Positions 50,355 through 62,450 of a DNA stretch of 64,000 bases are shown here, in pieces. How positions within the stretch are numbered: the stretch's first letter is position 1; every line of letters starts with the position of its first letter. Source of the stretch: Eledone cirrhosa (Eukaryota); NCBI GenBank assembly GCA_964016885.1, contig OZ024741.1, positions 338,768,001 to 338,832,000 of the forward strand, read 5' to 3'. Under the pieces are notes generated by a model that made no database searches, was not told the origin of the DNA, and worked only from the letters and a program-made list of their open reading frames with translations. The translations under genes and the position numbers were made by a program.

Positions 50355-53300
50355 TAGAGTGTTAGACAGACTGTCATATCTGTGAAGGTGTGTGGTCTAC
50401 TGCTTAGAGCGTGAGACAGACTGTCATATCTCTGAAGGTGTGTGGTCTACTGGTTAGAGTGTTAGACAGACTGTCATATCTGTGAAGGTGTGTGGTCTAC
50501 TGGTTAGAGTGTTAGACAGACTGTCATATCTGTGAAGGTGTGTGATCTAGTGGTTAGAGTGTTGGACTGACTGTCATATCTGTGCAGGTGAGTGGTCTAG
50601 GGTTAGAGTGTTGGACAGACTGTCATATCTGTGATGGTGTGTGATCTAGTGGTTAGAGTATTAGACAAACTGTCATATCTGTGAAGGTGTGTGGTCTATT
50701 GGTTAGAGTGTTAGACAAACTGTCATATCTGTAAAGGTGTGTGGTCTACTGGTTAGAGTGTTGGACATACTCTCATATCTGTGAAGGTGTGTGGTCTACT
50801 GGTTAGAGTGTTGGACAGACTGTCATATCTGTGAAGGTGTGTGGTCTAGTGGTTAGAGTGTTAGACAGACTGTCATATTTGTGAAGGTGTGTGGTCTACT
50901 GGTTAGAGTGTTAGACAGACTGTCATATCTGTGAAGATGTGTGGTCTACTGGTTAGAGTGTTAGACAGACTGTCATATCTGTGAATGTATGTGGTCTAGT
51001 GGTTAGAGTGTTAGACAGACTGTCATATCTGTGAAGGTGTGTGGTCTACTGGTTAGAGTGTTAGACAGACTGTCATATCTGTGAAGGTGTGTGGTCTACT
51101 GGTTAGAGTGTTAGACAGACTGTCATATCTGTGAAGGTCTGTTGTCTAGTGGTAAGGGTGTTAGACAGACTGTCATATCTGTGAAGGTGTGTGGTCTACT
51201 GGTTAGAGTGTTAGACAGACTGTCATATCTGTAAAGGTGTGTGGTCTACTGGTTAGAGTGTTGGATAGACTGTCATATCTGTGAGGGTGTGTGGTCTACT
51301 GGCTAGAGTGTTAGGCAGACTGTCATATATGTGAAGGTGTGTGGTCTACTGGTTAGAGTGTTAGACAGACTGTCATATCTGTGAAGGTGTGTGGTCTAAT
51401 GTTTAGAGTGTTAGACAGACTGTAATATCTGTGAAGGTGTGTGGTCTACTGGTTAGAGTGTTAGACAGACTGTCATATCTGTGAAGGTGTGTGGTCTTAT
51501 GGTTAGAGTGTTAGACAGACTGTCATATCTGTGAAGGTGTGTGGTCTACTGGTTAGAGTGTTAGACAGACTGTCATATCTGTGAAGGTGTGTGGTCTAAT
51601 GTTTAGAGTGTTAGACAGACTGTAATATCTGTGAAGGTGTGTGGTCTACTGGTTAGAGTGTTAGACAGACTGTCATATCTGTGAAGGTGTGTGGTCTACT
51701 TGTTAAAGTGCTAGACAGACTGTCATATTTGTGAAGGTGTGTGGTCTACTGGCTAGAGTGTTAGACAGACTGTCATATCTGTGAAGGTGTGTGGTCTAAT
51801 GTTTAGAGTGTTAGACAGACTGTCATATCTGTGAAGGTGTGTGGTCTACTGGTTAAAGTGCTAGACAGACTGTCATATCTGTGAAGGTGTGTGGTCTACT
51901 GTTTAGAGTGTTGGACAGACTGTCATATCTGTGAAGGTGTGTGGTCTACTGGTTAGAGTGTTGGACAGAGTATCATATCAGTGAAGGTGTGTGGTCTAGT
52001 GGTTAGGGTGTTAGACAGACTGTCATATCTGTGAAGGTGTGTCGTCTACTGGTTAGAGTGTTAGACAGACTGTCATATCTGTGAAGGTGTGTGGTGTAGT
52101 GGTTAGAGTGTTAGACAGACTGTCATATTTGTGAAGGTGTGTGGTCTACTGGCTAGAGTGTTAGACAGACTTTCATATCTATGAAGGTGTGTGGCCTTCT
52201 GGTTAGAGTGTTAGACAGACTGTCATATCTGTGAAGGTGTGTGGTCTACTGGTGAGAGTGTTAGATATACTGTCATATCTGTGAAGGTGTGTGGTCTACT
52301 GGCTAGAGTGTTAGACAGACTGTCATATCTGTGAAGGTGTGTGGTCTACTGGTTAGAGTGTTGGACTGACTGTCATATCTGTGAAGGTGTGTGGTCTACT
52401 GGTTAGAGTGTTAGACAGACTGTCATATCTGTGAAGGTGTGCGGTCTACTGGCTAGAGTATTAGACAGACTGTTATATCTGTGAAGGTCTGTGTTCTACT
52501 GGCTAGAGTGTTGGACAGACTGTCATATCTGTGAAGGTGTGTGATCTAGTGGTTAGAGTGTTAGACAGACTGTCATATCTGTGAAGGTGTGTGGTCTACT
52601 GGTTAGAGTGTTAGACAGACTGTCATATCTGTGAAGGTGTGTGGTCTACTGGTTAGAGTGTTAGTCACACTGTCATATCTGTGAAGGTGTGTGGTCTACT
52701 GGTTAGAGTGTTAGACAGACTGTCATATCTGTGAAGGTGTGTGGTCTACTGGTTAGAGTGTTAGACAGACTGTCATATCTGTGAAGGTGTGTGGTCTACT
52801 GGTTAGAGTGTTAGACAGACTCATATCTGTGAAGGAGTGTGGTCTACTGGTTAGAGTGTTAGACAGACTGTCATATCTGTGAAGGTGTGTGGTCTACTGG
52901 TTAGAGTGTTAGACAGACTGTCATATCTGTGAAGGTGTGTGGTCTACTGGTTAGAGTGTTAGACAGACTGTCATATGTGTGAAGGTGTGTGGTCTACTGG
53001 TTAGAGTGTTTGACAGACTGTCATATCTGTGAAGGTGTGTGGTCTACTTGTTAAAGTGCTAGACAGTCTGTCATATCTGTGAAGATGTGTGGTCTACTGG
53101 CTAGAGTGTTAGACAGACTGTCATATCTGTGAAGGTGTGTGGTCTACTGGTTAGAGTGTTAGACAGACTCATATCTGTGAAGATGTGTGGTCTACTGGTT
53201 AGAGTGTTAGACAGACTGTCATATCTGTGAAGGTGTGTGGTCTACTGGTTAGAGTGTTAGACAGACTCATATCTGTGAAGGTGTGTGGTCTAGTGGTTAG

Positions 53301-56300
53301 GGTGTTAGACAGACTGTCATATCTGTGAAGGTGTGTGGTCTACTGGTTAGAGAGTTGGACAGATTGTCATATCTGTGAAGGTGTGTGGTCAACTGGTTAG
53401 AGTGTTAGACAGACTGTCATATCTGTGAAGGTGTGTGGTCTACTGGTTAGAGCGTTGGACAGACTGTCATATCTGTGAAGGTGTGTGGTCTACAGGTTAC
53501 AGTGTTGGACAGACTGTCATATCTGTGAAGGTATTTGGTCTAGTGGTTAGAGTATTAGACAGACTGTCATATCTGTGAATGTGTGTGGTCTACTGGTTAG
53601 AGTGTTAGACAGACTGTCATATCTGTGAAGGTGTGTCGTCTACTGGCTAGAATGTTAGACAGACTGTCATATCTGTGAAGGTGTGTGGTCTACTTGTTAG
53701 AGTGTTAGACAGACTGGCATATCTGTAAAGGTGTGTGGTCTACTGGTTAGAGAGTTGGACAGATTGTCATATCTGTGAAGGTGTGTGGTCTACTGGTTAG
53801 AGTGTTAGACAGACTGTCATATCTGTGAAGGTGTGTGGTCTACTGGTTGGAGTGTTGGACAGACTGTCATATCTGTGAAGGTTTCTGGTCTACTGGTTAG
53901 AGTGTTAGACAGACTATCATATCTGTGAAGGTGTGTGGTCTAGTGGTTAGGGTGTTAGACAGACTGTCATATCTGTGAAGGTGTGTGGTCTACTGGTTAG
54001 AGTGTTAGACAGACTGTCATATCTGTGAAGGTGTGTGGTCTACTTGTTAAAGTGCTAGACAGACTGTCATATTTGTGAAGGTGTGTGGTCTACTGGCTAG
54101 AGTGTTAGACAGACTGTCATATCTATGAAGGTGTGTGGTCTACTGGTTAGAGTGTTAGACAAACTGTCATATCTGTGAAGGTGTGTGGGCTACTGGTTAG
54201 AGTGTTGGACAGACTGTCATATCTGTGAAGGTGTGTGGTCTACCGGTTAGAGTGTTAGACAGACTGTCATATCTGTGAAGGTGTGTGGTCTACTGGTTAG
54301 AGTGTTGGACAGACTGTCATATCTGTGAAGGTGTGTGGTCTACTGGTTAGAGTGTTGGACAGACTGTCATATCTGTAAAGGTGTGTGGTCTACTGGTTAG
54401 AGTGTTAGACAGACTGTCATATCTGTGAAGGTGTGTGGTCTGCTGGTTAGAGTGTTAGACAGACTGTCATATCTGTGAAGGTGTGTGGTCTACTGGTTAA
54501 AGTGCTAGACAGACTGTCATATCTGTAAAGGTGTGTGGTCTACTGGTTAGAGTGTTAGACAGACTGTCATATCTGTGAAGGTGTGTTGTCTACTGGTTAG
54601 AGTGTTAGACAGACTGTCCTATCTGTGAAGGTGTGTGGTCTACTGGTTAGAGTGTTGGACTGACCATCATTTCTGTGAAGGTGTGTGGTCTACTGGTTAG
54701 AGTGTTAGACAGACTGTCATATCTGTGAAGGTGTGTGGTCTACTGGTTAGAGTGTTGGACAGACTGTCATATCTGTGAAGGTGTGTGGTCTACTGGTTAG
54801 AGTGTTGGACAGACTGTCATATCTGTGAAGGTGTGTTGTCTACTGGCTAGTGTGTTAGACAGACTGTCATATCTGTCAAGGTGTGTGGTTTACTGGTTAG
54901 AGTGTTAGATAGACTGTCATATCTGTGAAGATGTGTGGTCTACTGGTTAGATTGTTAGACAGACTGTCATATCTGTGAAGGTGTGTGGTCTACTGGTTAG
55001 AGTGTTGGATAGACTGTCATATCTGTGAAGGTGTGTGGTCTACTGGTTAGAGTGTTAGACAGACTGTCATATCTGTGAAGGTGTGTGGTCTACTGGCTAG
55101 AATGTTAGACAGACTGTCATATCTGTGAAGGTGTTTGGTCTACTGGTTAGAGTGTTGGACAGACTGTTATATCTGTGAAGGTGTGTTGTCTACTGGCTAG
55201 AGTGTTAGACAGACTGTCATATCTGTGAAGATGTGTGGTCTACTGGTTAGAGTGTTGGACTGACCATCATATCTGTGAAGGTGTGTGGTCTACTGGTTAG
55301 AGTGTTAGACAGACTGTCATATCTGTGAAGGTGTGTGGTCTACTGGTTAGAGTGTTGGACAGACTGTCATATGTGTGAAGGTGTGTGGTCTAGTGGTTAG
55401 CGTGTTAGACAGACTGTCATATCTGTGAACGTGTGTGGTCTACTGGGTAGAGTGTTGGACAGACTGTCATATCTGTGAAGGTATGTGGTCTACTCGTTAG
55501 AGTGTTAGACAGACTGTCATATCTGTGAAGGTGTGTTGTCTACTGGTTAGAGTGTTAGAGAGACTGTCATATCTGTGAAGGTGTGTGGTCTACTGGTTAG
55601 AGTGTTAGACAGACTGTCATATCTGTGAAGGTGTGTGGTCTACTGGTTAGAGTGTTAGACAAACTGTCATATCTGTGAAGGTGTGAGGTCTAGTGGTTAG
55701 AGTGTTAGATAGACTGTCATATGTGTGAAGGTGTGAGGTCTATGGTTAGAGTGTTAGACAGACTGTCATATCTGTGAAGGTGTGTGGTCTACTGGTTAGA
55801 GTGTTAGACATACTGTCATATCTGTGAAGGTGTGTGGTCTACTGGTTAAAGTGCTAGACAGACTGTCATATCTGTGAAGGAGTGTGGTCTACTGGCTAGA
55901 GTGTGAGACACACTGTCATATCTATGAAGGTGTGTGGTCTACTGGTTAGAGTGTTAGACAGACTGTCATATCTGTGAAGGTGTGTGGTCTACTGGTAGGG
56001 GGTTAGACAGACTGTCATATCTATGAAGGTGTGTGGTCTACTGGTTAGAGTGTTGGACTGACCATCATATCTGTGAAGGTGTGTGGTCTACTGGTTAGAG
56101 TGTTGGACAGACTGTCATATCTGTGAAGGTGTGTGGTCTACTGGTTAGAGTGTTAGACAGACTGTCATATCTGTGAAGGTGTGTGGTCTACTGGTTAGAG
56201 TGTTAGACAGACTGTCATATCTGTGATGGTGTGTGGTCTACTGGTTAGAGTGTTGGACAGACTGTCATATCTGTGAAGGTGTGTGGTCTACTGGTTAGAG

Positions 56301-59300
56301 TGTTGGACAGACTGTCATATCTGTGAAGGTGTGTGGTCTACTGGTTAAAGTGCTAGACAGACTGTCATATCTGTAAAGGTATGTGGTCTACTGGCTAGAG
56401 TGTTAGACAGACTGTCATATCTGTGAAGGTGTGTGGTCTACTGCTTAGAGCGTGAGACAGACTGTCATATCTCTGAAGGTGTGTGGTCTACTGGTTAGAG
56501 TGTTAGACAGACTGTCATATCTGTGAAGGTGTGTGGTCTACTGGTTAGAGTGTTAGACAGACTGTCATATCTGTGAAGGTGTGTGATCTAGTGGTTAGAG
56601 TGTTGGACTGACTGTCATATCTGTGCAGGTGAGTGGTCTAGGGTTAGAGTGTTGGACAGACTGTCATATCTGTGATGGTGTGTGATCTAGTGGTTAGAGT
56701 ATTAGACAAACTGTCATATCTGTGAAGGTGTGTGGTCTATTGGTTAGAGTGTTAGACAAACTGTCATATCTGTAAAGGTGTGTGGTCTACTGGTTAGAGT
56801 GTTGGACATACTCTCATATCTGTGAAGGTGTGTGGTCTACTGGTTAGAGTGTTGGACAGACTGTCATATCTGTGAAGGTGTGTGGTCTAGTGGTTAGAGT
56901 GTTAGACAGACTGTCATATTTGTGAAGGTGTGTGGTCTACTGGTTAGAGTGTTAGACAGACTGTCATATCTGTGAAGATGTGTGGTCTACTGGTTAGAGT
57001 GTTAGACAGACTGTCATATCTGTGAATGTATGTGGTCTAGTGGTTAGAGTGTTAGACAGACTGTCATATCTGTGAAGGTGTGTGGTCTACTGGTTAGAGT
57101 GTTAGACAGACTGTCATATCTGTGAAGGTGTGTGGTCTACTGGTTAGAGTGTTAGACAGACTGTCATATCTGTGAAGGTCTGTTGTCTAGTGGTAAGGGT
57201 GTTAGACAGACTGTCATATCTGTGAAGGTGTGTGGTCTACTGGTTAGAGTGTTAGACAGACTGTCATATCTGTAAAGGTGTGTGGTCTACTGGTTAGAGT
57301 GTTGGATAGACTGTCATATCTGTGAGGGTGTGTGGTCTACTGGCTAGAGTGTTAGGCAGACTGTCATATATGTGAAGGTGTGTGGTCTACTGGTTAGAGT
57401 GTTAGACAGACTGTCATATCTGTGAAGGTGTGTGGTCTAATGTTTAGAGTGTTAGACAGACTGTAATATCTGTGAAGGTGTGTGGTCTACTGGTTAGAGT
57501 GTTAGACAGACTGTCATATCTGTGAAGGTGTGTGGTCTTATGGTTAGAGTGTTAGACAGACTGTCATATCTGTGAAGGTGTGTGGTCTACTGGTTAGAGT
57601 GTTAGACAGACTGTCATATCTGTGAAGGTGTGTGGTCTAATGTTTAGAGTGTTAGACAGACTGTAATATCTGTGAAGGTGTGTGGTCTACTGGTTAGAGT
57701 GTTAGACAGACTGTCATATCTGTGAAGGTGTGTGGTCTACTTGTTAAAGTGCTAGACAGACTGTCATATTTGTGAAGGTGTGTGGTCTACTGGCTAGAGT
57801 GTTAGACAGACTGTCATATCTGTGAAGGTGTGTGGTCTAATGTTTAGAGTGTTAGACAGACTGTCATATCTGTGAAGGTGTGTGGTCTACTGGTTAAAGT
57901 GCTAGACAGACTGTCATATCTGTGAAGGTGTGTGGTCTACTGTTTAGAGTGTTGGACAGACTGTCATATCTGTGAAGGTGTGTGGTCTACTGGTTAGAGT
58001 GTTGGACAGAGTATCATATCAGTGAAGGTGTGTGGTCTAGTGGTTAGGGTGTTAGACAGACTGTCATATCTGTGAAGGTGTGTCGTCTACTGGTTAGAGT
58101 GTTAGACAGACTGTCATATCTGTGAAGGTGTGTGGTGTAGTGGTTAGAGTGTTAGACAGACTGTCATATTTGTGAAGGTGTGTGGTCTACTGGCTAGAGT
58201 GTTAGACAGACTTTCATATCTATGAAGGTGTGTGGCCTTCTGGTTAGAGTGTTAGACAGACTGTCATATCTGTGAAGGTGTGTGGTCTACTGGTGAGAGT
58301 GTTAGATATACTGTCATATCTGTGAAGGTGTGTGGTCTACTGGCTAGAGTGTTAGACAGACTGTCATATCTGTGAAGGTGTGTGGTCTACTGGTTAGAGT
58401 GTTGGACTGACTGTCATATCTGTGAAGGTGTGTGGTCTACTGGTTAGAGTGTTAGACAGACTGTCATATCTGTGAAGGTGTGCGGTCTACTGGCTAGAGT
58501 ATTAGACAGACTGTTATATCTGTGAAGGTCTGTGTTCTACTGGCTAGAGTGTTGGACAGACTGTCATATCTGTGAAGGTGTGTGATCTAGTGGTTAGAGT
58601 GTTAGACAGACTGTCATATCTGTGAAGGTGTGTGGTCTACTGGTTAGAGTGTTAGACAGACTGTCATATCTGTGAAGGTGTGTGGTCTACTGGTTAGAGT
58701 GTTAGTCACACTGTCATATCTGTGAAGGTGTGTGGTCTACTGGTTAGAGTGTTAGACAGACTGTCATATCTGTGAAGGTGTGTGGTCTACTGGTTAGAGT
58801 GTTAGACAGACTGTCATATCTGTGAAGGTGTGTGGTCTACTGGTTAGAGTGTTAGACAGACTCATATCTGTGAAGGAGTGTGGTCTACTGGTTAGAGTGT
58901 TAGACAGACTGTCATATCTGTGAAGGTGTGTGGTCTACTGGTTAGAGTGTTAGACAGACTGTCATATCTGTGAAGGTGTGTGGTCTACTGGTTAGAGTGT
59001 TAGACAGACTGTCATATGTGTGAAGGTGTGTGGTCTACTGGTTAGAGTGTTTGACAGACTGTCATATCTGTGAAGGTGTGTGGTCTACTTGTTAAAGTGC
59101 TAGACAGTCTGTCATATCTGTGAAGATGTGTGGTCTACTGGCTAGAGTGTTAGACAGACTGTCATATCTGTGAAGGTGTGTGGTCTACTGGTTAGAGTGT
59201 TAGACAGACTCATATCTGTGAAGATGTGTGGTCTACTGGTTAGAGTGTTAGACAGACTGTCATATCTGTGAAGGTGTGTGGTCTACTGGTTAGAGTGTTA

Positions 59301-62300
59301 GACAGACTCATATCTGTGAAGGTGTGTGGTCTAGTGGTTAGGGTGTTAGACAGACTGTCATATCTGTGAAGGTGTGTGGTCTACTGGTTAGAGAGTTGGA
59401 CAGATTGTCATATCTGTGAAGGTGTGTGGTCAACTGGTTAGAGTGTTAGACAGACTGTCATATCTGTGAAGGTGTGTGGTCTACTGGTTAGAGCGTTGGA
59501 CAGACTGTCATATCTGTGAAGGTGTGTGGTCTACAGGTTACAGTGTTGGACAGACTGTCATATCTGTGAAGGTATTTGGTCTAGTGGTTAGAGTATTAGA
59601 CAGACTGTCATATCTGTGAATGTGTGTGGTCTACTGGTTAGAGTGTTAGACAGACTGTCATATCTGTGAAGGTGTGTCGTCTACTGGCTAGAATGTTAGA
59701 CAGACTGTCATATCTGTGAAGGTGTGTGGTCTACTTGTTAGAGTGTTAGACAGACTGGCATATCTGTAAAGGTGTGTGGTCTACTGGTTAGAGAGTTGGA
59801 CAGATTGTCATATCTGTGAAGGTGTGTGGTCTACTGGTTAGAGTGTTAGACAGACTGTCATATCTGTGAAGGTGTGTGGTCTACTGGTTGGAGTGTTGGA
59901 CAGACTGTCATATCTGTGAAGGTTTCTGGTCTACTGGTTAGAGTGTTAGACAGACTATCATATCTGTGAAGGTGTGTGGTCTAGTGGTTAGGGTGTTAGA
60001 CAGACTGTCATATCTGTGAAGGTGTGTGGTCTACTGGTTAGAGTGTTAGACAGACTGTCATATCTGTGAAGGTGTGTGGTCTACTTGTTAAAGTGCTAGA
60101 CAGACTGTCATATTTGTGAAGGTGTGTGGTCTACTGGCTAGAGTGTTAGACAGACTGTCATATCTATGAAGGTGTGTGGTCTACTGGTTAGAGTGTTAGA
60201 CAAACTGTCATATCTGTGAAGGTGTGTGGGCTACTGGTTAGAGTGTTGGACAGACTGTCATATCTGTGAAGGTGTGTGGTCTACCGGTTAGAGTGTTAGA
60301 CAGACTGTCATATCTGTGAAGGTGTGTGGTCTACTGGTTAGAGTGTTGGACAGACTGTCATATCTGTGAAGGTGTGTGGTCTACTGGTTAGAGTGTTGGA
60401 CAGACTGTCATATCTGTAAAGGTGTGTGGTCTACTGGTTAGAGTGTTAGACAGACTGTCATATCTGTGAAGGTGTGTGGTCTGCTGGTTAGAGTGTTAGA
60501 CAGACTGTCATATCTGTGAAGGTGTGTGGTCTACTGGTTAAAGTGCTAGACAGACTGTCATATCTGTAAAGGTGTGTGGTCTACTGGTTAGAGTGTTAGA
60601 CAGACTGTCATATCTGTGAAGGTGTGTTGTCTACTGGTTAGAGTGTTAGACAGACTGTCCTATCTGTGAAGGTGTGTGGTCTACTGGTTAGAGTGTTGGA
60701 CTGACCATCATTTCTGTGAAGGTGTGTGGTCTACTGGTTAGAGTGTTAGACAGACTGTCATATCTGTGAAGGTGTGTGGTCTACTGGTTAGAGTGTTGGA
60801 CAGACTGTCATATCTGTGAAGGTGTGTGGTCTACTGGTTAGAGTGTTGGACAGACTGTCATATCTGTGAAGGTGTGTTGTCTACTGGCTAGTGTGTTAGA
60901 CAGACTGTCATATCTGTCAAGGTGTGTGGTTTACTGGTTAGAGTGTTAGATAGACTGTCATATCTGTGAAGATGTGTGGTCTACTGGTTAGATTGTTAGA
61001 CAGACTGTCATATCTGTGAAGGTGTGTGGTCTACTGGTTAGAGTGTTGGATAGACTGTCATATCTGTGAAGGTGTGTGGTCTACTGGTTAGAGTGTTAGA
61101 CAGACTGTCATATCTGTGAAGGTGTGTGGTCTACTGGCTAGAATGTTAGACAGACTGTCATATCTGTGAAGGTGTTTGGTCTACTGGTTAGAGTGTTGGA
61201 CAGACTGTTATATCTGTGAAGGTGTGTTGTCTACTGGCTAGAGTGTTAGACAGACTGTCATATCTGTGAAGATGTGTGGTCTACTGGTTAGAGTGTTGGA
61301 CTGACCATCATATCTGTGAAGGTGTGTGGTCTACTGGTTAGAGTGTTAGACAGACTGTCATATCTGTGAAGGTGTGTGGTCTACTGGTTAGAGTGTTGGA
61401 CAGACTGTCATATGTGTGAAGGTGTGTGGTCTAGTGGTTAGCGTGTTAGACAGACTGTCATATCTGTGAACGTGTGTGGTCTACTGGGTAGAGTGTTGGA
61501 CAGACTGTCATATCTGTGAAGGTATGTGGTCTACTCGTTAGAGTGTTAGACAGACTGTCATATCTGTGAAGGTGTGTTGTCTACTGGTTAGAGTGTTAGA
61601 GAGACTGTCATATCTGTGAAGGTGTGTGGTCTACTGGTTAGAGTGTTAGACAGACTGTCATATCTGTGAAGGTGTGTGGTCTACTGGTTAGAGTGTTAGA
61701 CAAACTGTCATATCTGTGAAGGTGTGAGGTCTAGTGGTTAGAGTGTTAGATAGACTGTCATATGTGTGAAGGTGTGAGGTCTATGGTTAGAGTGTTAGAC
61801 AGACTGTCATATCTGTGAAGGTGTGTGGTCTACTGGTTAGAGTGTTAGACATACTGTCATATCTGTGAAGGTGTGTGGTCTACTGGTTAAAGTGCTAGAC
61901 AGACTGTCATATCTGTGAAGGAGTGTGGTCTACTGGCTAGAGTGTGAGACACACTGTCATATCTATGAAGGTGTGTGGTCTACTGGTTAGAGTGTTAGAC
62001 AGACTGTCATATCTGTGAAGGTGTGTGGTCTACTGGTAGGGGGTTAGACAGACTGTCATATCTATGAAGGTGTGTGGTCTACTGGTTAGAGTGTTGGACT
62101 GACCATCATATCTGTGAAGGTGTGTGGTCTACTGGTTAGAGTGTTGGACAGACTGTCATATCTGTGAAGGTGTGTGGTCTACTGGTTAGAGTGTTAGACA
62201 GACTGTCATATCTGTGAAGGTGTGTGGTCTACTGGTTAGAGTGTTAGACAGACTGTCATATCTGTGATGGTGTGTGGTCTACTGGTTAGAGTGTTGGACA

Positions 62301-62450
62301 GACTGTCATATCTGTGAAGGTGTGTGGTCTACTGGTTAGAGTGTTGGACAGACTGTCATATCTGTGAAGGTGTGTGGTCTACTGGTTAAAGTGCTAGACA
62401 GACTGTCATATCTGTAAAGGTATGTGGTCTACTGGCTAGAGTGTTAGACA
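50355..62450. repeat. 6,041-bp (121 monomers minus 9 bp) tandem duplication, 2 copies
   Basis: tgcttagagcgtgaga 50401/56442 and tgtgcaggtgagtgg 50581/56622 fix the offset. All six deletion sites of copy 1 (1+2+2+2+1+1 = 9 bp) recur in copy 2. Identity ends at G56410 vs C62451. Confidence 0.95.
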
